28,279 bases of DNA from a candidate division FCPU426 bacterium (GTDB lineage: Bacteria > Oederibacteriota > JAAXVQ01 > JAUVAV01): contig DAOWGI010000059.1 in NCBI GenBank assembly GCA_030637655.1, positions 1-28,279 on the forward strand, given 5' to 3'. The notes below the pieces were generated by a model. That model saw only the letters and a list, made by a program, of their open reading frames with translations. It did no database searches and was not told where the DNA came from. This document shows, in pieces, positions 16,682-25,507 of the stretch. How positions within the stretch are numbered: position 1 is the first letter of the stretch; every line of letters starts with the position of its first letter. Position numbers and translations under genes: made by a program.

Positions 16682-18103
16682 TTATTTTTTGATGATCACT
16701 TTTTTTATCTTTGACTTTTTACCTTTTTTTATCTCTTTTTTGATGATCACTTTGGTTTTTTCCTTGCCTTTTTGGTAATTCGGATGTTTCTGCTTTTTTA
16801 TTTCATCATCTTCTTCGTCATCTTCTTCATCCTGATAGCGTGCTCTGCTCCGGGCTTTAGATTTTGATTTGTGTTTACGGCCTGATTTTTCTTTAACCAC
16901 AACCTTTGTTTTTTCGTCTTGTTCAGTAACCACGACTTTTTTCAGCCTGCTTTTTTTATGTATACGCTTATGCTGTGGTTGTGGTTTTGGCTCAGTAATC
17001 ACAACTTTTTTCAGCTTGCTTTTTTTATGTTTACGCTGATACCGCGGTTGTGGTTTTGGCTCAGGTTCCTGATAATATTTCAAACCTTCCCGGCGTTCCA
17101 CGGTTTCTTTAATCTTTGATCTGCCGGAATCCGATCTAACCGGTTTTGTATCATATTTCAGACCCTCTTGACATTCCACGGTCTCCTTGATTTTAGAACG
17201 ACCGCTAGGCTGTCCATAAGTTCCGGTTCCGTACTTAGACTTAAGCTTTTCAGGTTGCCAATGGCCCTGAATCCAGCGGCCCTGCCGGCTGTAATGTCCT
17301 TTACTATACTTAAATCCGGAACGTTTTTTCTCTCTCCAATGGCCCTGTACCCACTCTCCATGCGGATTCCAATATCCTTTGGCCCATACTTTGCCAGGTG
17401 ATGTTTTTCTCCAATATCCTTTTATCCATACACCACGATGATTGTACCGTCCGGATATCCAGAAATGGTTTGCTTTGCTATGCAGACGCCAGTGACCGGC
17501 TATCCATTTGCCCTGCAGACCCCAGTACCCCTGCACCCAAACATAGTTCCTTCTGGTACGTTTGGGTTTCCAGTGTCCACTGCTCCACTCTCCTCGCCGG
17601 TTCCAATGGCCGGGAACCCAGACATAACCTGTACGTCCGGCCGGACGCCAACGGCCTTTAACCCAATGGCCATGATGCCAGAAACCGCGAACCCAGACCT
17701 GACCAGTACGATGTTTTTTTATTGGCCGCCAAAAACCGGGAATATAGATGGTTCCTTGCCAAAACCCATTCACCCATTCAAATCCCACGCGCGCTCTGGG
17801 CCGCCAGAAACCGGGAATAATAATAGTCTCCTCAATGATTTCCGGTTCAATATAGACCTGATCCGGTCCTTGGGTTGTCACAATGACCTCTACCACTGGT
17901 TCCGGGGCCACGTGAATAACTGTTGTTTCCTGTTGTGAGGAATATTCAGGCGTAGGTTCTGCTGTGTATTGATAGGTTGGATACGGAGTTGGTTTATAAT
18001 AGACTCTGGTCTTACTGGGATAAGCCTGCTTGTGCACTACCAGCGTACACCCGGATGTGAATAATAAAACCGCGCCAAATAGTAATACCAATAATCGTTG
18101 CAT
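16682..18103 (-). CDS. WxxGxW (YXWGXW)-repeat lipoprotein with Lys/Arg-rich tail
   Basis: Lipobox-like TSG-C, about 15 (W/Y/I)xxG(H/F/Y/R)(W/Y) repeats, ~190-aa basic tail with two duplicated motifs; RBS AAGGAGG. Confidence 0.8.
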   Translation of the reverse strand: MQRLLVLLFGAVLLFTSGCTLVVHKQAYPSKTRVYYKPTPYPTYQYTAEPTPEYSSQQETTVIHVAPEPVVEVIVTTQGPDQVYIEPEIIEETIIIPGFWRPRARVGFEWVNGFWQGTIYIPGFWRPIKKHRTGQVWVRGFWHHGHWVKGRWRPAGRTGYVWVPGHWNRRGEWSSGHWKPKRTRRNYVWVQGYWGLQGKWIAGHWRLHSKANHFWISGRYNHRGVWIKGYWRKTSPGKVWAKGYWNPHGEWVQGHWREKKRSGFKYSKGHYSRQGRWIQGHWQPEKLKSKYGTGTYGQPSGRSKIKETVECQEGLKYDTKPVRSDSGRSKIKETVERREGLKYYQEPEPKPQPRYQRKHKKSKLKKVVITEPKPQPQHKRIHKKSRLKKVVVTEQDEKTKVVVKEKSGRKHKSKSKARSRARYQDEEDDEEDDEIKKQKHPNYQKGKEKTKVIIKKEIKKGKKSKIKKVIIKK

Positions 18104-18240
18104 TTTCCCCTCCTTGGGTTGCCGTAGGTAAAACTCATCCGCTCTGATTCACGCTATGTTGATTACTGCTTAGTTTCGTCAGCAATACATATTTCTTTAT
18201 AATAATAATTCCCTAAAAGAGCAACTAAAAAAAAGCGATT

Positions 18241-19707
18241 TCATCCCTTAACCACTCCCAAGGGTTTTAAACGGGCTACTTTTTTAGATAACCCGGCTTG
18301 CTGCACAGCCTCGATAACCTGATCAATGGATTTGTACGCTTCCGGCGCTTCTTCCGCCAGGGTTCCCCGCTTTCCGGCCATGACCTGAATGCCTTGTGCT
18401 TCCAATTCTTGAGCAATCGAGCGTCCGCGAGTCTGTCGAATCGCTGCTTGCCGGGAAAGCACACGACCGGCTCCATGTGCTGTAGAACCAAATGTTTCCT
18501 GCATGGCTTTCCCGGTTCCCACACAAACATAGGAGGCGGTTCCCATACTGCCTGGAATAAACACTGGTTGTCCTACCGACCGATACTGTTCTGTGACTTC
18601 CGGATGCCCGGGCGCAAAAGCACGGGTAGCGCCTTTGCGGTGCACACATACTTTTTTGGTTTTACCGTTCACCTCGTGGGTTTCCAGTTTGGCTATATTA
18701 TGAGCCACGTCATACACCAAATGCATTCCCAAACGTTCGGCAGACTGAGAAAAGACACGTTCAAACACCTCGCGTACCCAATGCATAATGCATTGGCGGT
18801 TGACCCAGGCATAATTGGCAGCCCCGGCCATGGCTCGCAAATAGTCCTGCCCATCGGGCGATTGTATGGGTGCGCAAACCAATTGTTTATCCGGCAAACG
18901 GATCCCGTATTTATAAGAAGCCGTATGCAATACCTTAAGAAAATCATCACAGACTTGATAGCCCAGACCGCGGGAGCCGCAATGGATCATGACCGTCACT
19001 TGGCCTTTTTTCAGACCAAACACCCGGGCTTCTTCAGGCGCATAAATTTCATCCACCTCCTGCACTTCTAAAAAATGATTGCCGGAACCCAGGGTTCCCA
19101 ATTGCGTAGTGCCGCGTTCCAGGGCCCGTGGGCTAAGCACACTGCTGTCAGCCTCCTGCATTTGCCCGCAGTCTTCCGTACGATCCAAATCCTCTTTCCA
19201 ACCATAGCCATGATACACGGCCCAGTGAGATCCTTGTTCCAACACCTGCTTAAGTTCTTTATGGTTTAAGCGTATCCTTCCCTCGCTTCCAACTCCAGCC
19301 GGAACATTTTGATAGAGCATAGTCACAAGTTCGGTCAGCCGTTTTTTCACGTCCTTGGCTTCTACCTCAGTACGGAGCAGCCGGACACCACAATTAATAT
19401 CATAGCCCACACCACCCGGAGATATAACACCCTGCTCCACATCAAAAGCAGCCACACCGCCAATAGGAAAACCATAACCCCAATGGATGTCCGGCATAGC
19501 CAGGGCATTGCCCACAATGCCGGGTAAGTGAGCGACATTCATAACCTGCTGTAAGGCCTGATCGCGAAACACGTCTGCCAGAAGCCTTTCCGAAGCATAA
19601 ATAACTCCATCCACCAGCATACCGGCCTGAAGGCGTTTGGCCAAGCGCCACTTGTAGGCTGTTATGGGCTCAATAATTTCCGACCAATTCGTATATTGGA
19701 CTGTCAT
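18241..19707 (-). CDS. rtcB: RNA 2',3'-cyclic phosphate/3'-phosphate ligase RtcB (long archaeal/eukaryal-like form)
   Basis: MPDIHWGYGFPIGGV, GVGYDINCGVR, LGTLGSGNHFLE, HCGSRGLG, DVAHNIAK, VHRKGATRA, PGSMG, HGAGR, EEAPEAYK. Confidence 0.97.
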   Translation of the reverse strand: MTVQYTNWSEIIEPITAYKWRLAKRLQAGMLVDGVIYASERLLADVFRDQALQQVMNVAHLPGIVGNALAMPDIHWGYGFPIGGVAAFDVEQGVISPGGVGYDINCGVRLLRTEVEAKDVKKRLTELVTMLYQNVPAGVGSEGRIRLNHKELKQVLEQGSHWAVYHGYGWKEDLDRTEDCGQMQEADSSVLSPRALERGTTQLGTLGSGNHFLEVQEVDEIYAPEEARVFGLKKGQVTVMIHCGSRGLGYQVCDDFLKVLHTASYKYGIRLPDKQLVCAPIQSPDGQDYLRAMAGAANYAWVNRQCIMHWVREVFERVFSQSAERLGMHLVYDVAHNIAKLETHEVNGKTKKVCVHRKGATRAFAPGHPEVTEQYRSVGQPVFIPGSMGTASYVCVGTGKAMQETFGSTAHGAGRVLSRQAAIRQTRGRSIAQELEAQGIQVMAGKRGTLAEEAPEAYKSIDQVIEAVQQAGLSKKVARLKPLGVVKG

Positions 19708-19731
19708 GATATCTCCGGAATATTTTTACCA

Positions 19732-19761
19732 AGTATACGCTTCTTACGAGGAAAAAATCAA
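19732..19761 (-). promoter_or_regulatory. Possible sigma70 promoter of rtcB
   Basis: TTGATT, 18 bp, TATACT. Confidence 0.45.
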
Positions 19762-19835
19762 TAGTATCCTGATAGCTTTATGCTAATATCATTATTGTCC
19801 TAATTTTCATAAATTTTTAGTGAAGGAACATAAAA

Positions 19836-19854
19836 GGGGTCAGGTCTTGCAATC
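19836..19854. repeat. Solo GGGGTCAGGTCTTGCAAT repeat half
   Basis: Resembles recalled ends flanking RAYT/Y1 transposase genes; partner arm absent. Confidence 0.4.
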
Positions 19855-19961
19855 CTCCACCTTAATATTAATAACTTACGTTTTAAATTCTTGCTTTTTT
19901 GACAAGAAAATTATTCACCGCATACCCAAAAAGCGGGCACAAGAAGACGCAAAGAAATTCT

Positions 19962-20060
19962 TTTGACAGGATAACAGGATTGGCATGATTTTTTTATAAA
20001 ATCCTGTGCATCCTGTTAATCCTGTCAAAGATTTTTTGGTTCCGGCATGTCCGGGTTAGG
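19962..20060. repeat. ACAGGAT/ATCCTGT periodic palindrome plus GGTTCCGGCATGTCCGGGTTAGG element end
   Basis: TTTGACAGGATAACAGGATTGGCATGATTTT ... AAAATCCTGTGCATCCTGTTAATCCTGTCAAA (19962-20029); second motif at 20038-20060. Confidence 0.72.
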
Positions 20061-20195
20061 TAATGATAAGGATTTACCTGCGGTATGACCTAACGCCTTA
20101 TTTGCTCAGGCCCTAAATATTAACGCTGCTTTGGCGATAACAACAGGCATCTTCCTAACTATGTTTAGGCTGGGAATTGAATCTATGGTATATGT

Positions 20196-23100
20196 ATGAC
20201 TCGCCTAGGTATTAAAAATCTAATGCTCTTCTGGGGTGTCGCCTTCTTATTATCCATTTTTGTCTTAAATCCTGTCTCTGCTGCTTCTGCTCAAAATAAA
20301 ATTCTCGCCAAAACCAATCAAGGCCATCTGCAAGTACTGGCTGCTCAACACCAACAACAGCATGATCAAGATCATTTAAAAATCCAGGCGTATTTAGCTC
20401 GAACGGGTGAAAAGCGACGACAATTAAGCCGATATGAAAAAATCGACAAAGACGGGAAAATGGTAACACACCAGAGTACCTTGGAGTTGGTTGGATTTAA
20501 TCAAGCAGCGCAGCCGATTTACTTGATGACTGATAATGCAACAGCAGCCAAGACCATTGTCACTGACTTGGTCTGGCCAGGCGGTAGTGCCGGCTTGAGC
20601 TTGACTGGTTCAGGGATAACCATTGCTGAATGGGATGCCGGTAGTGCCTTATCCACCCATCAAGAATTGGCAGGACGTATTACCTTGGGCGATGGTGCAG
20701 CCTCAAATTATCATTCCACCCACGTGGCAGGCACTATCCTGGCCAGTGGAGTCGTCTCCCTGGCCAAGGGTATGGCTTATGAGAGTCAATTGGTTTCTTA
20801 CGACTGGACCAATGATCTAGCTGAAATGGCCACCGAAGCGTCCGGTGGACTTTTGCTTTCTAATCATTCCTATGGCACAGCCCGCGGCTGGCGCTACGAC
20901 AGCAGCGCAACCCCCTCCTGGTATTGGTACGGCTATCCTGCCATCAGCGAGACTGAAGATTATAAATTTGGCTTTTATAATTATAAAGCTCGTGCTATTG
21001 ATCGGATTGCCAATGATGCACCCTATTACCTCATTATCAAATCTGCAGGCAATGACCGAACTAACGATGGCCCAGATCCTGGTGGTGAGCATTGGGTTTT
21101 TGATGGTACTTGGGTAGTAAGTACGGTCACCCGCAATCCGGATGGAGATTACAATACCATTGGCCCTGCATCTGCGGCTAAAAACAACTTATGTGTTGGT
21201 GCGGTTAATGACATCGCCGGTGGCTATACAGATCCCACTGATGTGGTGATTGCCGCCTTTAGCAATTTCGGTCCTACTGATGACGGCCGGATAAAACCTG
21301 ATCTTGTGGCCAATGGTATCAGTTTATATTCCAGCTACAATACGTCAGACACTGCTTATGCTTTTTCCAGTGGCACCTCCATGTCCACCCCCAGCGTCAC
21401 GGGCTCCTTAATCCTGCTCCAACAACATTACCAGAATACCCACAGCAATGATTCGCTCTTAGCCTCTGCCTTAAAAACCTTGGTGATTCATACTGCTGAT
21501 GAAGCCGGCATTGCTGATGGACCGGATTATACCTTTGGTTGGGGATTATTTAATACTGCAAGCGCAGCACAATTAATTACTGAAGATACCACCACGGCCA
21601 AGCGGATTGAAGATCATGATTTATTTAACGATCAAGAAATTGTACTAACTTTGTCCAGTGATGGGCTGAGTCCTCTGAAAGCAACCATGGTCTGGAATGA
21701 TCCTGCCGGTCCGCCATTAGCTTCCCAGCTAAATCCTATCACCCCCATGTTGGTTAATGATTTAGATTTGCGGCTCATTAGAAATAGTAATCAGCAAATT
21801 TATTATCCTTGGACATTAGATGGCATGCAACCAACCCTGGCTGCTGTTCCTGGCGACAACACCTTGGATAACATTGAACAAGTTTGGATCCAATCCCCGG
21901 TTAGCGGTAACTATACGCTCCGCATTACTCATAAAGGAACTTTGTCCGGTGGTCGGCAAACCGTCTCTTTAATTATTACCGGTGCTACCACTATTGTTCT
22001 CTCTACCCCAACGGCCACTTCTACACCTGAGGGTTCGCCCACTCATACCCCTAGCATCACCATGACAGCCACCATCTCTCCAACTTCAACCGTGTCACCA
22101 GTGGTTTCACCGACACCAACAGCTATTCATACCAGCACGGTCACAGTGACATCTACGTGCACACCCACACCAATACCAATTCTTCCAATCTATCGCTCCC
22201 TTGGGCCTGCACAAACAACGGCCCTGGCCCATGGCACTGCTGGATTTAGCCTCAATATTACAGGCTCAATTGCCACCTTTTCTTCACCCTTGCCGGATCA
22301 AATTGGGCTCGGGGATGCACTTCAGTATGATGCTGATAACAATACTAGTATTGATCAAATCGCTTTTGTTCATCAGCGCCTGAGTAGTACGCAATACATG
22401 GTTAAAAACGCAGCCGGCGGCTTACCGCTATCGACCGTGACTAATGATGAAGACTGGTCCATTTATCGAGCCTACACTTCCCTTTTGGCTGCTGAAGAAG
22501 GTTCAGAGAATGCGGGTATTGATCCGGCTGTTCAAAATTTTGATACCTGGTCCGGAGGAGATGATCTGGCGGCTAATTATCAAATCTGGCATCTGGCCTG
22601 CTATGCTGATGCTGTTGATACTACACCAGTGACGTTCAGCGGCTGGATCACCAGCAGCCAATGTTTTATTCGAATTTTCACACCCAACGCTGCTGATGAA
22701 GTGGGTATCAGTCAACGCCATAACGGTGTTTATGATAATGCTTCAGCTTATGCACTGGAGGTAGCCAATAGCACCGCCATTAATGTGGCTGTTGATCACC
22801 TTTATCTGGAAGGCATGCAATTGGCCTTGACCAGTGTATCCGGTACTGGGCAAGTCGTCGTCAACATCAATAATCCCGGCGTTGGTGAATTTCGATTGTC
22901 CGGTTCAATTATAAAAGGCATCAGGACCAATAAATCCGATCATTGTGGTCTTTATCTTGTTAATGGTGGCACTGGCACCTTAAAACTATGGAACAATCTT
23001 TTTTATGATTTTGAAAAACAGGGTTCTAGTACCCCAACAGCCATCTTGCTCGATGATGCTGACTATAACAGCACTATTTATAATCAGACGCTTTATAATT

Positions 23101-24335
23101 GTGAACAGGGGTTGGTGCTATTTAGTGGTCAAGCTTTATTAAAAAATAATATCACCCAAGCCTGTGGTGATGGTTATATTGGCACTTTTGATGTTGCAGC
23201 TGATTATAATATTTCGGATATCGCCGGTGATACAACCGGCCTCTCCCCTTCTTATCAATCAGGACTTAGCACTGTTGTCAGCTTTATAAATACAGGTAGT
23301 GAAGATTTTCATTTGGCCGGTGATGATACTACTGCCAAAGATCAGGGCACTAATTTGAGTAATGATCTCATATGGCCCTTTGACACGGACATTGACGGTC
23401 AATGGCGAAGTTCACCCTGGGACATTGGCATGGATGAACAGAACGCCGGTATTGTGACAGCCACAGTAACAGGCACAGGTTCCCCTTCTCCCACGGCTAC
23501 GCCTACATCTACCTCAACCCTGACAATAACGCCCAGCAGCACGGTTGTACCCTCGTCAACCTTTTCTGTTACACCTTCACCTACAGCACTATTATCAGCA
23601 ACCCACACCCCAACCATGACCGCTACAGCCACATCAACCTTAACTTATACGGTGACGCCTCAAATGACGCACACGATCACAGATACAGCTACGCCTGAGC
23701 TACCCCTGACTGCTTCGCCTACTTCAACCATAAGCATCACCATGACCAGCACCCTCACGATGACGCCAACCTTGACTGCCTTAGCTACATCATCAACAAC
23801 ACCCACCAGCCTAGCGACACACACCCTAACACCTTTAGTGACGCCATCCGGCACCATGACCCTAACTTGGACAGAAACCTATACCCCGACGCCAACACCA
23901 ACCTTTTCTGTTCAACCAACATCATCATCTACTTCAACCAGAACCGTAACATTAACGCCTGAACCGCTATTTCCTTCAATAACCGCCATAGCATCCATTT
24001 CTTCAACACCTGCGATAATGACATTGACTTTAACGCCTGTTGAAACCGCCACTGCTTCACCCACTGATGAGAAAAAGAATCCCATTATTATTTATCCTCA
24101 ACCCGCCCGGAACCAAATGCGTTTTAGGTTAAATTTAAGTGCACCTGGTGCAGTAAAGATTAATATCTACAATTATTCAGGCGAGTGGGTGGCACAGCTA
24201 ATACATCCTTGGTTAAACTCGGGAACTGATGTGATTGTCTGGGACTGCTCCTCAATGGCTGCTGGTATCTACATTGTTCAGGTCTTGGTTGATTGCAAGA
24301 TAAAAGACACCTTAAACGTGGCGGTGGTTAAATAA
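20196..24335 (+). CDS. Secreted S8 subtilisin-family serine protease, multidomain
   Basis: Signal peptide, propeptide, triad EWDAG / HSTHVAGTI / SGTSMSTP, oxyanion SAGND; jelly-roll domain, Thr/Pro/Ser linkers, beta-helix-like region, C-terminal Ig-like sorting-type domain (IYPQP...INIYNYSGE...GIYIV). Confidence 0.93.
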   Translation: MTRLGIKNLMLFWGVAFLLSIFVLNPVSAASAQNKILAKTNQGHLQVLAAQHQQQHDQDHLKIQAYLARTGEKRRQLSRYEKIDKDGKMVTHQSTLELVGFNQAAQPIYLMTDNATAAKTIVTDLVWPGGSAGLSLTGSGITIAEWDAGSALSTHQELAGRITLGDGAASNYHSTHVAGTILASGVVSLAKGMAYESQLVSYDWTNDLAEMATEASGGLLLSNHSYGTARGWRYDSSATPSWYWYGYPAISETEDYKFGFYNYKARAIDRIANDAPYYLIIKSAGNDRTNDGPDPGGEHWVFDGTWVVSTVTRNPDGDYNTIGPASAAKNNLCVGAVNDIAGGYTDPTDVVIAAFSNFGPTDDGRIKPDLVANGISLYSSYNTSDTAYAFSSGTSMSTPSVTGSLILLQQHYQNTHSNDSLLASALKTLVIHTADEAGIADGPDYTFGWGLFNTASAAQLITEDTTTAKRIEDHDLFNDQEIVLTLSSDGLSPLKATMVWNDPAGPPLASQLNPITPMLVNDLDLRLIRNSNQQIYYPWTLDGMQPTLAAVPGDNTLDNIEQVWIQSPVSGNYTLRITHKGTLSGGRQTVSLIITGATTIVLSTPTATSTPEGSPTHTPSITMTATISPTSTVSPVVSPTPTAIHTSTVTVTSTCTPTPIPILPIYRSLGPAQTTALAHGTAGFSLNITGSIATFSSPLPDQIGLGDALQYDADNNTSIDQIAFVHQRLSSTQYMVKNAAGGLPLSTVTNDEDWSIYRAYTSLLAAEEGSENAGIDPAVQNFDTWSGGDDLAANYQIWHLACYADAVDTTPVTFSGWITSSQCFIRIFTPNAADEVGISQRHNGVYDNASAYALEVANSTAINVAVDHLYLEGMQLALTSVSGTGQVVVNINNPGVGEFRLSGSIIKGIRTNKSDHCGLYLVNGGTGTLKLWNNLFYDFEKQGSSTPTAILLDDADYNSTIYNQTLYNCEQGLVLFSGQALLKNNITQACGDGYIGTFDVAADYNISDIAGDTTGLSPSYQSGLSTVVSFINTGSEDFHLAGDDTTAKDQGTNLSNDLIWPFDTDIDGQWRSSPWDIGMDEQNAGIVTATVTGTGSPSPTATPTSTSTLTITPSSTVVPSSTFSVTPSPTALLSATHTPTMTATATSTLTYTVTPQMTHTITDTATPELPLTASPTSTISITMTSTLTMTPTLTALATSSTTPTSLATHTLTPLVTPSGTMTLTWTETYTPTPTPTFSVQPTSSSTSTRTVTLTPEPLFPSITAIASISSTPAIMTLTLTPVETATASPTDEKKNPIIIYPQPARNQMRFRLNLSAPGAVKINIYNYSGEWVAQLIHPWLNSGTDVIVWDCSSMAAGIYIVQVLVDCKIKDTLNVAVVK

Positions 24336-24421
24336 CCGGCGTTCCGGGAACACCCTATATAATTCAAGGGCCCTCTGAATCCCATTTCACTTTCCTAAGC
24401 GATTTTTAAAATATTTTATTT

Positions 24422-24449
24422 GGGCGTACTATCAACACTACGCCCCTAC
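24422..24449 (-). repeat. GTAG-headed REP-like hairpin
   Basis: GTAGGGGCGTAGTGTTGATAGTACGCCC between convergent genes. Confidence 0.65.
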
Positions 24450-24635
24450 AACGGATGTTCCATTTATATTTCAAACAAATTTAACCAAAAACTCTTATAA
24501 ATCAACTAATTTCTTCTAGAGATCAGTTTTCTTCTGGTGGCTGCTTTTACTTTTCTTAGTTGCAAAAAATCCGGCAATCGTACTTTTGCTGTAGTTAGTT
24601 TCTGTTGCGGAAGTGACTTTTTACTTTTTAAACAT

Positions 24636-25130
24636 TCACTGAAGTGCGGAGTATTCAGGTAACCCCGGACTAAAGTCCGGGTATTCCTTGGGTCTATTTA
24701 TTACTTGGGGTGAGATTTTTATTATCATGCGGGTTTCATTATATTGGTACGGCAAGGAAATATATTGTACCGAATCCATACATTGTTTCATTAAATATCT
24801 TCCCATTCCACCACGGGAAAGTTCTTCCCTGACTTTTCGGATGGTAGCTAAATTCACAGGTTTGGGTGTATACCCCTTGCCGTAATCCCGGACCGCAACC
24901 ACTAATTTGCCGAGGTCTTGCCAGGCGCGCACCTGAATCAAACCATCACTGCGCCTGGGATACGCGTGCCTAATAACATTGGAGACTGCTTCATCCACAG
25001 CCAACTCCACATTATCAATCTGGATGTTTGATAATTTTAAACTAGCGGCAAATTTCCGTATTTGCTCACGCAGTTTGTGCAAAATTTTCGACGAACTCGG
25101 AATTTTAATAAATAGTTCAGGCAGTGACAT
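24636..25130 (-). CDS. RsbW/SpoIIAB-like anti-sigma factor Ser/Thr kinase (HATPase_c_2)
   Basis: N-box LAVDEAVSNVIRHAY, G1 VRDYGKGY, G2 GGMGRYLM; adjacent to STAS gene. Confidence 0.9.
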   Translation of the reverse strand: MSLPELFIKIPSSSKILHKLREQIRKFAASLKLSNIQIDNVELAVDEAVSNVIRHAYPRRSDGLIQVRAWQDLGKLVVAVRDYGKGYTPKPVNLATIRKVREELSRGGMGRYLMKQCMDSVQYISLPYQYNETRMIIKISPQVINRPKEYPDFSPGLPEYSALQ

Positions 25131-25133
25131 GCT

Positions 25134-25499
25134 TTACCTCTGTTTCAGATCCGAATTTTCCTGCAGCGCCTCTTCCAGCGTCTCATAGGTTGGGATGACA
25201 CGACTCACCCCGGTGATCTCAATACTCTGTTGTACCCGTTCCGTCGGACCAACCAGAATCAAGCTGCCACCGTGATCATCCAGATATTTTTGTACTACCA
25301 GAATCGAACCCAAGCCGCGGGTATTGATATATTCCATATACTTCAAATCCAGCACCATACATTCTTCCCCGGTCTTGGTATATCCACGCATGGTTTTCTC
25401 CCATAACAAGGAACTGGCCAGATCCACCCAGCCGCTAATCTCCAACAATATCGTATTGCGCTTCTCGATGGGACGTGTAACAATCCGGAATTCAGCCAT
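25134..25499 (-). CDS. STAS-domain anti-anti-sigma factor (RsbV/SpoIIAA-like)
   Basis: LEISGWVD, VLDLKYMEYINTRGLG, GGSLILVG, IEITGV, YETLEEAL. Confidence 0.9.
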   Translation of the reverse strand: MAEFRIVTRPIEKRNTILLEISGWVDLASSLLWEKTMRGYTKTGEECMVLDLKYMEYINTRGLGSILVVQKYLDDHGGSLILVGPTERVQQSIEITGVSRVIPTYETLEEALQENSDLKQR

Positions 25500-25507
25500 A
25501 GCTCACT

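Noticed and set aside
18104-18200. Riboswitch (e.g. c-di-GMP) in the lipoprotein operon leader
   Set aside because: A weak hairpin is present but I see no class I or II consensus; an Rfam scan would settle it
20071-20087. GATTTACCTGCGGTATG, resembling the reverse complement of 13-24 and 187-199
   Set aside because: Short imperfect matches that could be chance
23399-23857. Val/Gly-rich antisense ORFs
   Set aside because: Mirror of Thr/Pro codons in the subtilase linker
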